From: Rhodosorus marinus CCMP1338
Lineage: Eukaryota > Plantae > Rhodophyta
Direction of reading: 5' to 3'
Assembly (NCBI GenBank): GCA_029953675.1
Contig: JAMWBK010000001.1
Span: 3,348,001-3,412,000 of the forward strand
Length of the DNA stretch: 64,000 nt
Under the pieces are notes generated by a model. It was given only the letters and a program-made list of their open reading frames with translations. It ran no database searches and was not told where the DNA came from. The stretch's first letter is position 1. Every line of letters starts with the position of its first letter. The position numbers and the translations under genes are program-made. Below are positions 36,507-49,041 of the stretch, piece after piece.

Positions 36507-37915
36507 ACCGAGTTTCTGTTGGCCGGATTAAGACTTGCGATTTAGCACAAACGAAGAAGCATTTTTAGGCCTGTTCGATGTAACTAGTTTACCCCTGAGT
36601 TGTTGAGCTCAATCCGTGTAGCACCCGAGTGTAGCTGGCATCTACATCGACTCCTCTCGCTTTGGCTGTGCTCTTGGCTAAGATCAGCACAACTACCAAC
36701 TCAGTGCATTTCAAAGGCGCAGTTGAGGTCATGGACGGCTGGACCTGGCGGACAGCCAACTCGCGGTGTTTTTTTTTTTAAGCTATAACTATTTTTTTCT
36801 AACCTTCGTCATCGTACAACTGCTTTGAGCAGTACCATCCACGTATCAGTTTTGGTGTTTGGCGAAACTGAGCATACAGCTCATTCATGTGCACTATGTT
36901 GTAAACAAAATATACTCTCGACTAAATCAATTGAGGAGCTCTACTTTCGAACCCTGTCAGCCTCATACTCAGCAGCTGCAACTTCGGGCAAAATAAGCGT
37001 AAAAGACCCACGGTGGGAGTGAAATTGAAAGCACGTCAAACCCGAGAACGAGATCTACCAGCACGGGCGGAGAATGGAGATGCATGACCGTCTGTTTGGA
37101 GAAGAATCTTAAAAGGGACAGCTTCGACTGGAGATCTCTGATTCCAGGTTTGTTTCCGAAGATCCAACTGCTTCTGTCCGGAACCAACGGACCGAGGTGG
37201 ACGTAGTTGCGGGAAAATGAGCCTTCAACTTCACGAAAAAGACACTGCCATTGCCACAGTCCACGTCCCTCTCACCCCTACAACCAACAGAGCTCATTTG
37301 CATAGAGCAGTATATACCATCGACCGTGCTTGTCGGCCCGACCAAACCCCACACCCATTGCCCAGGGAACACCAAGCATCAATAGAAAAACAAACTAATA
37401 AAAAACCATAAAAGCCTGTGGAACGTTTTTTAAACGGTGGGAATCGCGCCTTTCCGGAAATTTCTTTTTTTGAAAACAAAACGACAACAAAAAATTCAAA
37501 AAGCGAAAAGGACCCTCGATTGAAAATTCTCGCCAACGCCAAGGAAACCCTATAATAACTGAAATAACCGCCTGAACACAACGCCGGACTTGCCTGCTTG
37601 CTTCCTTTTTTTAAATGTTTCTGAAAGAAGAAGTTGTTTTGGATTGTTTTTACGGGTGTCACTGTTAGCCGTGTTTTGAGCTCGAATCAGTTGATGTCGG
37701 ATTGACGAACTTGCCTTGGAGGCGATGGGCGGCATCGACAAGGTGAGTTACAAACCCGGCTCTGGACGAGGAACGTGAGCGTTTTGGGGGCATGATTTTG
37801 TCCAGACTAATATTGGCCAATGCGTTTGTCAGCCGGGTAAGGTGGGTTGAACTTAAGGTTGTCCGTTCGGGGAGTTGAGCACAGGTATATACTGGGTTTG
37901 GGTTGCTGTCGAAGC

Positions 37916-39887
37916 ATGGCATTGACGAAGCAGCAACGGCTCCAGGGATTTGAGGCAGAACTACTTCAAGTTGATAGCAGCCCTGATCCTCTTAATTCCT
38001 GGATTTCGTATATTTCTTGGGCGCGCTCGGCATTGCAGAAGGATCAGGTGCTAAAACTACTCGAGAGGTGTATAGGAAAGTTCATGAGCGAACCTCGCTA
38101 TCTTGAGGATGCTAGGTTCGTGAGACTGTGCGTCACGCACGCTGACGCCGTCGGGGACTACCACGGAGCTGAGGAAGCGCTTCGCAAGAGCCGGACAGCG
38201 GGTGTGGGATCCAAGTCGGCTTTAATTTATGAAGCACACGCGATCGTACTGGAGAAACTGAGAAACTTTGCCAAGGCTGAGACTGTCTACGCGGAAGGGA
38301 AAAGCAATGGAGCTCAGCCTTTGGAGCGCCTTGAACAGCGGTGGGAGGAGTTCAGGGGAAGGATGAAACGAAGAGTAGAGAGACAGCGGAAACTTGAATC
38401 GCACAGTGTACACAGGAAGGCACTCTCGGCTGTTCAGAAGAACGCTGCACCTATTGAACCCTCACCTCCGCCTCAGAAACTCAGGAAACGGGGTGAAGAG
38501 GACAAACCAATTTCTCGCAAACTCGCCTTTGGAGTTGAGGACAGCTCGGACATGACGATCAACACCAAACTCGCGATGCAAGATGTTGACGCGATGTTCA
38601 ATTCGCCCCTTCCTTTTGAAGAGCACAAGGACGATGACAGCTCTGATGACAACCGCTTCCTCGACGAGAAAGCGAACATCGAACAGACACTTGCCATGAA
38701 CAAGTCGCCTGGGATCGGGTTCCAGATCTACAGCGACGGAAACGAACCAAGACCACTGTCACAAGACTCAGAGAAAACAGCTATAATCAATCCGTACAGT
38801 ATGGATGTCCGCGTCCGCGTCGAAGAGTCTTTAGCAGAGTGGTTTGCTCAACAAGGCAACTACTACGTCGTAGACATTGCGCCAGAAATTGAAGTGGGAA
38901 GAACCTCCATCATAGGGGAAGAACTCCGATCAGACGGCGTAACAGTTGCCGTTCAGAATCTAAGATCGGACACTGAGTAAGCGCTTCCAGAACAAACCTC
39001 GAGGCTTGGAAACGAATATCAAAGCTCACCATTTCGTTCGGAAACTTTTAGGAGAGCGCGCGTATATGATGTCACTGTAGACGACGAGAGGATGACGATG
39101 AAAGTTCAAAATCCAGCAGATCCGTGGGAGCTCTACCTTCTCAGACAACTCTCTAAACAGTCTCAAGGCATATCCATTCCCCGGGCAATGGGCTTGTACG
39201 ATGCGGAGAGCAAGAGCTATTTACTATGCAGCGCATACCCCAACCTTTCTCTTTCGGTAGGCGTGGCGCGCGAGCACCGTATTTGGTAAACCATTAAGAC
39301 TTTGGGACTGAATCCTCCTTTTTGGACTGCTCTCGGCAGCAAATTTATCGGAGCGAACGGCTCAGCAAGGCTCTACTCTGCTTTGTGGTCGCGGAGGTGC
39401 TAACGATTCTAGAAAACTGCCACGCTTGTGGAGTCATTCACGGCGCGCTAACGTCTGACACAATCCTCTTGAAAGGCACAAGCATCCATGACGCAGGTAC
39501 GGTCGTCAATGACCAGATGTATGAATATGGAGAAGTAGTCGCGCAATGGCTGAAATCGAGGCGGGATTTTTGTGTTCAGGTGTCTTGCTAGTTGACTTCA
39601 GCAGAGGAGTAGACACCACAATTCATCCTCCTGGAGCGAGATTCAAAAGCAAGACGGAAAAACCTTGGAGATTTGAGAAGGATACGAATGATCTTGCAGA
39701 TGTTATTCGGCAGTCCATGACCATGACACCATCCCAATCCCTGCGAGTCGCGATGAACAGCTTGACTTCGATTCGCGGAGATAACTATAGGCTCGAGTAC
39801 CTTCGCCAAATACGAAGCGATCTTCAGCAGGACTTTTCAAGCGTCGAGCTTGCAGAGTCTCTGTATGAGGTCTTTGAGATGAAGTAG
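37916..39887 (+). CDS. BUB1: BUB1/MAD3-family spindle checkpoint protein (TPR + CDI + degenerate kinase)
   Basis: Mad3/Bub1 TPR region DPLNSWISYISW..LLERC..RYLEDARFVRLC..GVGSKSALIYEAHA; CDI-like DMTINTKLAMQDVDAMFNSP; FQIYSD; kinase-like TMKVQNPADPWELYLLRQL and IHGALTSD. Confidence 0.88.
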
Positions 39888-40233
39888 TGCTTCAACAGCA
39901 GTGCAGACCAGACCATATTGAATATATATATATAATATCTTGAGATATTTCATAGAGAAAGCAGTTTTATTCCCCTCGCAGGTATGACACGTTCTTATCT
40001 TCGCGGATCGCAATATCATGCCATGGAAATCGCTATTATTTGTATGGATGGCTTTCCATTGTTGTAGCTTTTGGCGGTCAAGTGGTTTCAGCCACGCCAT
40101 CTTGACGCCATCCCAGACTCCCGGATTGCACTGAGGGTAAAATCCTCTTCCGGATTCGTCCTCATGTCATGGGATCCATGCACCTTGGATGAAGCTAAGC
40201 TGAGCGATGCGTTTGAGCATCTTTCACTCTCCT

Positions 40234-40323
40234 GGGCTGCATCCCAACGCTTCCCCCGCGTTCTTCAACCTCGTTCACGTTCCCCAACATTCCTGCGCCG
40301 TCAACTAAGCAACGGAAGGTCTG
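40234..40323 (-). pseudogene. degenerate single PPR-like repeat similar to a repeat of the downstream PPR gene
   Basis: Minus frame TFRCLVDGAGMLGNVNEVEE---RGGSVGMQP vs TYTVLIDGAGRLGDVKRAEEAFEHMKNVGVEP (44084-44179). By my count 33/44 nt are identical in the core. Confidence 0.4.
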
Positions 40324-43039
40324 GAATGTGCGCGATCGCCTTCGAATGCGTGAGATGATATCATGCTTCAAAACAGATATCTACCCTTCTTCCAGCACTC
40401 CGCGACGGCATACCTGATTCAACGGATTTAATTCCAGTTGACTTGCACTCGTTTGACAGCACACGTACGCACCTAAAGGCTTTGGAATCATCTACTCGAG
40501 AGGTTGTTGAAGAAGAAACTGGCGGGGAAGGGGTCGAAGCCCTGCCCGTTCACCATTGCTCTTCCCCACCAAAACCCCGGCATGTTTGCAAAACTAGACG
40601 GTGCTAGAATCCGCACGAACGGTGCGGCACGTCTCTATACGTTGGTAGGGAGTTGTCCTTCCTTTCCCAAATGTAGAAACAGCAAAAATGACATACATCT
40701 CTCCTTTGCCAATTCCAGTGGGCAAAAAATTCAATCACAGGTTTTTCACATTGCACTTCATCCGCAAAACTGTCTAATGCCAAAAATCATCAACCCCAAC
40801 CCCACCCCCCTTCGACGAAAGCACTAGAAGCTGTTCTCCTATCAACATAAAAAAAATTGCAACGCCTCCTCGAAGTCGAACAGTTGGTCAAGTCCTTGCA
40901 ATCCTGCCAACAAACTTGCAGTAAATCTACTGCTCCAATCATTGATCTCTAGATATTTTTCTTACTGGCATATCCAATCCTTTTCTCTACCCCTTCCCCC
41001 CCCATTTAGATTCACGATCAAACATTGCATTGTAAAAATCTCAAACTCCTTCCCCCTCCCTGCTTGCTCTCCCAGATACTCAAATTTCATCGAATATAAA
41101 ATTCAATTCAAACAAACAGATTGATCCAATTCTTTCTTCCTCCGTCATCTGCACCCCCTATATGAGAACTTCTCTTTTTTCTTGAAAGTTTTGAACCGGT
41201 TTTAACGGACAGGGATCTGGACTTGAGAACATCCGCCGCCAAACCCTCCAGGAATATAAATAATATAATTTTCGTGCGGCCAAAGAATCCAAGCAGCGGC
41301 AGGGTCGGAGATGCGTATTGTGAGACCCGTTCAATAAAAATCTGCAATCATTCGTGGATTTTGAAAAAAATAATAGATACTGATTTATCGTTTTAAAAGA
41401 ATGGAAGATATTATTCTGCTTAGCTTTGATTCTTGAGGTCGCGGAGATTTTCCTTTCATCCATCAGGATCGATCCCTGAGCGTGGACCGATACGACACCA
41501 TTACAGAAGTTGGAAGTGAGGTGAAACCAGGATCTAGCCCGAGAATCTCAACAAGCTATGTAGAGCGACTGCATTTGATACCTTAATCGACTTCACTTTG
41601 TTCCATTCTCAGTCAACACACCCTAACTCCACGATCGTTGCGAATGCTTGACTCGTCCTAGGAAGGATGCTTCGGGACGCAAGCAAAGACACAGGATTGC
41701 CCCCACCCCCGTCGATTCACATTCGCCTCCTTTATCGACCTGTAGAAACTCCTTGGGGGGGGGAGGGAGGAGGGGAGCTGGAGTGGCGAGATACGATATC
41801 TAAACGTCATTGGAATATTCAGCTCCCAACTCCCTCACGAGCCGTTTACAAATGAAAACCCATCCCTTTCACCAACATTCCCATTGCACCGCATTGGTCT
41901 CAACGTACACATTTGCCGTCCAGAAACCGCTCAGCTCATCCAAAACGTATCTCGTGTGAGATATTTTTCCCCCAGTGTTTGTCTAATAGAGGCGCAAAAA
42001 AGCCTGCCATCGAGTTACCCCTTGTTCGTCGCGTCCGGCTCCTCACTCAAAAGCAAGGCCACAAGTACTCATCTTACAACCCACTGAAATCAAATGAAAA
42101 CCCCACCCCCTCCTTTCCCGTTCTTTCGTAATTTAAAATCAAAAAGTCAAAGAAATCACATGTCCTTTTTACTAGAGCATCCCAGACGAGATTCTTTTAA
42201 TTTGAGGGCATTGCACTTCAGATGACATTGTCTATTTTTGAAATTTCTCGTCTGTTCTGTTGATATTTCCACAGATAATCCAATAAATGGATGTTCCTCA
42301 ATCAAATCGCAACATACATTACGTTCTATTGGTCATGTTCTCAATCTCATAGTTTCCCTTTGGATACCTTCTCAATACTTTTTTTCCCCAATTCAAAGGG
42401 GTTGTTCCAACAACGTGCAGCTCGTTTCCTACCCCCTAACCACCAGGGGGGTCTTGGTTCCACATCTACCCCCCCAAGAACTGTCTAGTGTGCGACCAAA
42501 TTGTTTTTACCCCTTCAAAAGTAAGTATTCAAGAGACAAGAGAAATAATATCTAGGGGTTGAGTGTTTCTTCACCAGCACAAAGCCAAACAACCAATTTA
42601 ACCCCATTGTTTGTCAGTGAAAACGAAGTAGATAGGAAGAGCTCTGGTGGGGGGAGGAGGGATAGAACAGGACGTTAATGAGTCAAATATGTTTTATATT
42701 TCAGGAATGCCTCGAGGAGCGCCATTTTAAATCACTCAGATTGGATTTTGCGGGTTTGCCAAAAAAAAAGGTTTGTTATGAGTAACTCGAAACGTGCTAG
42801 GATCTGCTTTGGGGAAACGGGGGGGGGGAGGCCTGAGGATTTGGGAAGGGATGAGAAGTTAATGAAATGCAGATACTTTTTATTTTCAGATGGGGTTCCT
42901 GAAATGTCAGGAGTTGGATTTTTTAATTTTAGATTTGTTTGAAATGCAAGAATGGTGAGGGCTTATATAGAGTTGGGATGGGGGATGAGGGATGAGGAAA
43001 GTGTAGAGTAGAGGCGGAACTTTGGTCTGAAGAGAAAAA

Positions 43040-44680
43040 ATGGCGTTTCTTTGTAGCTTTCGTGGGATTGGGCTTGGGCCCGGTTCGGCTAGGGATGGGA
43101 TTTGTAGAAGAGAGGTGAGGCGGGACCTTCCGGTGATGAGGGTGCAACAGCAGCAGCGCCGAGCGCCTCTTGTACGGGGGGCAGAGGACGCGAAGGAGAA
43201 GGTGTCCACTTGGAAGAGGTGCGGTGGGAAGCCGAGCGTGTACAAGATCGCGCAGGTCACTGAAGCGCTGACGAGGAGTGGAGAGACAAATGATGTCATC
43301 GACGTTCTGAATTGGATGATTGACAAAGAACTGCGGCCAAATTGTCGGATCTTCCTGTGCGTGCTCAAGGCTTATGGGAAGCGCAAGGATGTTGCGGGAC
43401 TCTTGGCGACGCACAAGCGGCTGCAGGAGGCGAACGTGAATGCAAATATTTATGTCTACAATTACATTATTAATGTGCTAGGGAAGAATGGAAGGATGAA
43501 GGAAATGCGCCAGTTCAAGGAGGAAATGGAAAGGAACGATATACATCCGGACGTGATTACTTTCTCCGCCATGATTGACGGCTACTCCAAGCGTGGTAAC
43601 TTGACCGAAGCTCTGGCATTGTACGAAGAAATGAAGGAGCGAAGGATTGAGCCCGACACAGTCACTTATGCTACCATCATCAACGCACTTGGACGAAACG
43701 GGGACGTCAGCGGCGCGATCTCACTGTTCGAAGAGATGGGCAGAATCCACGTAAAACAGAATGTCGTCATATTTAACTCGCTTATTCACATCCTCTTGAA
43801 AAATGGGGACGTTGTGAATGCGAAGAGCCTCTTCCACCGAATGAAGGAACACCGCATTGAACCTGACCCGTTCACATACAGCGAGCTGATTCACTCGACA
43901 GCGAAGACGGGGGATCTTCAATTCGCTATCAGTTGTTTTATTGAGATGCAGCGGAAACAAATTACGCCCAATCTCGTCACCTATAACGCTCTCATTGATG
44001 CCTGCGCCAAGAATGGGGACATGGAGGGGGCAATTTCCGCCTTTAGGCTGATGCAGCGTGCAGGTGTGCGCCCGAACGACGTGACTTACACTGTTCTGAT
44101 TGACGGCGCAGGGAGGCTGGGGGATGTGAAGAGGGCTGAGGAGGCATTTGAGCACATGAAAAATGTTGGAGTGGAACCGAGTTTGGTCTGCTACACTGCT
44201 CTTCTCTGTGCGTACTCGAAAGCAGGCAGCACCAAGAAAATCAAGTCAACTATGAGGAAACTGGAAAAGGCGTCTTTGAAGCTGGACTCGGTTGTCTACA
44301 ATGTGGTGATTGAAGCGTACGCACGGAACGGACAGTCCAACGACGCTCTTAACACCCTTAAGGATATGCAACAACGAGGCATGAAGCCGACTTTGAACGC
44401 ATATCACGCGGTCGTACTAGCGTGTGCGGAGAGAGGAGATGCAAAGAGCGGACTTAGCTCATTGAAGGAGATGCAATCAGTCGGGCTGCGAGCGGGATGC
44501 TGTTCAATGTACAATGTGGTAATGAAGGCTTTCTTGAGCCGTAACGATGTCCAAGGAGTTTACAGGACAGTGGCTTTGCTGAAAACCCATGGGTTGCGAT
44601 CCGACTCGACGACGAAAGATATTCTCAAATACACACGAGAGGCGAAAGTGAGACGGGAGAAAGCTTTAGCAAAAGGGTGA
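43040..44680 (+). CDS. pentatricopeptide repeat (P-type PPR) protein, intronless, likely plastid-targeted
   Basis: 546-aa ORF with roughly a dozen 35-aa repeats (e.g. PDVITFSAMIDGYSKRGNLTEALALYEEMKERRIE) and an N-terminal MAFL transit-like peptide. Confidence 0.96.
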   Translation: MAFLCSFRGIGLGPGSARDGICRREVRRDLPVMRVQQQQRRAPLVRGAEDAKEKVSTWKRCGGKPSVYKIAQVTEALTRSGETNDVIDVLNWMIDKELRPNCRIFLCVLKAYGKRKDVAGLLATHKRLQEANVNANIYVYNYIINVLGKNGRMKEMRQFKEEMERNDIHPDVITFSAMIDGYSKRGNLTEALALYEEMKERRIEPDTVTYATIINALGRNGDVSGAISLFEEMGRIHVKQNVVIFNSLIHILLKNGDVVNAKSLFHRMKEHRIEPDPFTYSELIHSTAKTGDLQFAISCFIEMQRKQITPNLVTYNALIDACAKNGDMEGAISAFRLMQRAGVRPNDVTYTVLIDGAGRLGDVKRAEEAFEHMKNVGVEPSLVCYTALLCAYSKAGSTKKIKSTMRKLEKASLKLDSVVYNVVIEAYARNGQSNDALNTLKDMQQRGMKPTLNAYHAVVLACAERGDAKSGLSSLKEMQSVGLRAGCCSMYNVVMKAFLSRNDVQGVYRTVALLKTHGLRSDSTTKDILKYTREAKVRREKALAKG

Positions 44681-46239
44681 AGTCCCGTGGAAGATATGGA
44701 AGGAGTTGTACATTTTGGTGCGTTTTGTTGTCATCGGTATTTGTCGTTTATATGTTCAGACGAGGATGGATTCTTTCTCTAATTATTGAAGGAGGGCTTA
44801 GGTAAGGCTGTTTTAAAGTATATATAGAAGTATTCATATATCTATATGCTATATATGTGTTGTTGAGGTGCATAAATCCTCGAACGCCCTTTCCTCCTGA
44901 TCCACCTTGTGCATAGTGATTCTAAAGAAATTTTGGTATCTGTAATGGTTTGTCCCTTCCTTCACCCCGCCCCACACACGCTACCGAAAGGCAGCGCAGC
45001 CCAAGTCCCAGAGTAAGAGATTTTCGGTCCCTGGGTTGTGCACATACGTCGGATGCTCTTGGAACCTGTATGGCCGTACATACCTGTTTGCTTGTGGTCA
45101 GGGATATTGTCCCTAGATTCTCCTGAAACTCGGGTCATGTGGAGATGCGTGTGAAGAAAAACTTGGCATGGAGGCCGCCTTGCCAAACTCCTTGCGTAGC
45201 TCAGCGAGGAAGAACCGTTCACTTCCCAAAGCATTGCCTCAGTCCGTTTAAGAACTTCCAATGGAGATCGATTCGCACAATCTTTGCACCGCTCCAGGCT
45301 CTCAATAGGCGAGTTGCCAGAGCTGGCGTTGCCACCGGCTGACACCGGTTCAGTCTCTACCAGTAAATGACTGACTTCAGTCATCTTCGCTTGAATTTGA
45401 AAAAAACGCCATTGCCAACGGCAAGCTGACGAAGAATTTGGTTGCCATCCGTTCGTTGGGAATCAAGTTCGTAGAGCGTCGAGGGCTCAGCACTGCCCAA
45501 CTAAATACACTCTAACGAGGTAACTGTCCTATTTCCAGTAGGCGGGCGCTTACATCAGGGCGCGGTGCTTGTCTACTTCGGGCTCTGGGCACTGATCACC
45601 CAACTCCAGATAGCTGAAGCAAGATATCTGGGTTCTTGACACTATAATCGATAGCTTTTCGATTAACATGAAGATCGACCAGAATGGTCACAACGGAAAT
45701 CGGAATTTGACCGTTGATAAGTCCGGTCCTAAGAGCAAGAAGCTGCCAAACCAGGACGTAAATAAGCCTTTTTTAGAACGAGCTCTTAAACTGTGACTAC
45801 TGGTACTAAAATATGACCTAATTTTACAACTCAGTGCGTTGGAAGCAATTTTTAGGTGAGAAGAAAATAAAATTTTACCCGAAATGATAGGGATGTACCC
45901 TAATATACGCATTTGTCCGTTTATTTATTGGGGAGCTCTACAGAGCAAGATCCTGAATTAGATCAATCCGAAGCGTAACTCCAAAAACTAGGACGACCTT
46001 TGTAAGTAATCATTCACACGATGATGCGAGTCATGGCTGGTGGATTGAAGCAACTCGGACTATGACAGATCCGTTTGTTGATTATACGGATCGATGAATA
46101 GGACAACGGATTGTTGGAAAACAAATTTCAAGGTGAAGGCACTTCAGACGCCGAGAGAATCTTCTGGATAAGGAAGACACGGAAGCCCTGTCCTGGAATT
46201 CAGGAGTATGTTTCGGAGAGTTCGTCCGCCTGAGAGGAC

Positions 46240-47049
46240 ATGCCGGGTCAGAAGGAGGACGAGAAGGCGAGTATACCTGTCAGAAGGCCGAGTGCAGATC
46301 TTCGGTTGTGCGTGAGGCCGAGGACATCGATCAAGATTCGTGAGTACTTTCATACCCTCGGCGGTGCTGCAACCCTAAAGCTCGGTGCTGACTACGTTTT
46401 CGACGCCTCAAAGCCCGAAATGCACAACCTACAAATCAGGACTTCCCTCAAGGACACGTTAGCGAACGCCAAGATCCTATACTCAGCGGGCGAGGTACGT
46501 TCTCCGCACAACATTCGCCTTACAACTGGCAGACCCGAAGGACTACAAACGCTAAGCCCAGCCACCATCATCTATCTCTCCAGGTCACCCTCGCGAAAAC
46601 CTTGTGGTTGGATGGACGGACTCGAGTCAACCTCTGGTGCTCCATTCATCTCCCGACAGCGACGCCAGCTTTTGGCTTCAAAATCACTTAATTCCGGGGC
46701 TCCAGATCGGCCAACGTAGAACGGCCCAACAGATCAAACCAGGAACCAGAATTCTCACCGTACTCCCTACCTCCGCTCCGATTCAGGAACGAAATGATGC
46801 TAGCAAATACCCCGGTCGGCGTACAGGTAGATCGACCAAACTCTATCTGAAAACCAGCGGAGAAACTGACTGTTTTTTCATCGGTTCACTCTCCAAACCC
46901 CGGAAAAGCTCGACTCTTGTCTGGAGTTCTTCCCACACGTGGCCTACTCAACCAGCGATAAGAAAGTCGGAATTGGAACTCTTCGAGCCTGTTTGGAACA
47001 GCTGAACATTGTATTATATCTGAACACTTCCAATGTGATTCCGAAGTAA
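46240..47049 (+). CDS. conserved-looking hypothetical beta-strand-rich protein, 3 exons
   Basis: Exons join in frame via GT-AG introns: ..KILYSAGE|VTLAKTLWLDGRTRVNLWCSIHL..VGVQ|LDSCLEFFPHVAYS..GIGTLRACLEQLNIVLYLNTSNVIPK*. Hydrophobic and polar residues alternate. Confidence 0.6.
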
Positions 47050-47520
47050 GCAGAAAAGTCTTGACAATTCTACTCCTTCTGCTGCTTTTGGAAGACTGAT
47101 TCGGAGTGTCGAACACCACTCCTCCCACTCCGTGACTGCCTCGTTAGGTCTCTGCTAAGCAATAAGATACTTTCGCCCGTTGGCTACGTCGAAGAGAGCG
47201 GACCCAGTAGACTAGCCGAGAAGGGCTGGCAGGATGTCAAGAAAGGTAGTGAAGACATCTGGGCCGATGCGAGGAAGAGATCTAAGAAGGGTAAGGCGTA
47301 CGCTCTGAAGAAATCGGAGCAGACGATCACCATTGCACGAAAAAGAATGAGAGAATTCAGCATTCGAGCGCCAAAGTTCCATCCGGTCCAGGCCTTGATG
47401 AGCTGGTTCAACCTGTTCTGATAAAAAACAACAAACTTGTACATCTTTTCTTCCACTGGGGGTTCGCCTCACTAGTACCAAAAGTTAGTCTACCCGCTAC
47501 CTCTACATGCTCCCAACTAT

Positions 47521-49041
47521 CTATCCGCTGTGTTCTCCTTGGACCAAGGATGTGGCTTCTTCTCCTTCAGCTATCATGGACCTAGGGGAGGAGTGTCTTT
47601 CCACAAACGCTTTCACGATTTCGTTCGCTTGTTCAGGGACTTCATCCTGAGGACAGTGACCAACTCCTGGTAGAACAACGAACTCCTCGACGCTTGGGAA
47701 TTCTCCTAGAGTTCTATTTGATTTAAAACAAAGAAACCACATCCAAAACGAACTCAGCAAATAGGTCTCTGGACGTCTTTCCAGATGTTTTTGCACGTCT
47801 CCAGAGATGATAAGAAGCTTAACGTTACCTTCCTATTTTTATCGGCTCCAGCTGATCGTTTTCACCCCAGACAATCATCGTCTACAGAGAGATAGATAGA
47901 GAGAACGGAGCGATGTTGTCAGACATACTCATCAGGGTGCACAAGCTTCTTCCTCTTCACCGTGTCGTTTTACTTACTGGCTGCTGAATGATTTCCAGAA
48001 AGTCTTCTGGAATTGGTCCGGTGTCGTAAGTTATGAAAGCCAGGAAGGTGCCAAGGGCGCCTGGTTCAAGGGCAGGGGCTCTTAGGGCCTGGACGAGCTG
48101 ATCGTCGATTTTTTGCTCGTCCTGGTAGGCGAGCTTGAGGACGTTCTTAAGAGTTTGAGGACTCGAGAGGTTGTTAAAGAAGAAACTTGCGAGGGGCCGA
48201 AGCTGTTTGTAGAGACAGAACGTAGACGCAAGCGGTTCAGCAGGGTGGGAGAGGCTGACAGACGAGTTTTTCCCTCCGCAAGAGCACAAAACGTACGTTC
48301 ACGAGCGCTTTCATAATTAGTGGGGCTGTGATGTTGTCAATCCAGTTACGCCTCTGTACAGTTAACAGCCTCAGCGATGGAGCAAACTGGACCACGCCAT
48401 GAACAAGCTGAGGGTAGTCGACGGCGGCTTGAAGCGCCGCAACACATCCGATGGAATTCGCTACGAGGAATGACTGGCTTCCAACCACCTGTTCGATAAA
48501 CTTACCAACTTGAGAGCTCCAAGTATCGTAATCGTACGCCACAGGACGATCCTCAGAACACAACTCGCCTGGATTCCAAAGGTCACGATTCCAAACCGAG
48601 TTAGCGCTAGAGGTCTTGCCGTGGTAGGATGACTGGCCATGCTACTATCTTACCAACTTGGGGTTTATCTGAGAACCCAAAACCTAATAGATCAATAGCA
48701 TAGACCCTGTATTCCTTTCCCAGCTCAGGAAGGTTCTTTCTCCAGTGGAACGAATGTGCTCCAAAGCCGTGAACACAGACCAGGCTAGGGCGCTCGGTGT
48801 TTTCTTCTCCACAGCTTCGATACGCGACCTATGAACGAAGAAAAACATGTGGAATGAGTAATGAATCAAGAAGAATACGATTAGGGACAGCGGCTGGACA
48901 TACCTTGTACCCCCGAAAGTTCCATTCCTTCCTCGGAATCGATGCGTCACCCCACGGTTCATCTACAGCAGAGCATCTTAAACGTCTGCTCGACGATCGA
49001 GACTTCAGATGGAAACCTGCCGACAGTAAAAACCCGTACAT
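47521..49041 (-). CDS. alpha/beta-fold hydrolase (pheophytinase-like plastid esterase family), multi-exon
   Basis: Nucleophile elbow LVANSIGCVAAL, YDTWSSQV..F, LKNVLKLAYQD..IDDQLV, TGPIPED and LPGVGHCPQDEVPE. N-terminal MYGFL transit-like peptide; start is approximate. Confidence 0.9.

Noticed and set aside
36674-36686. TTGGCTAAGATCA, identical to part of U2 snRNA
   Set aside because: The branch-point recognition sequence GTGTAGTA and the Sm site do not follow, so it is a chance 13-mer.
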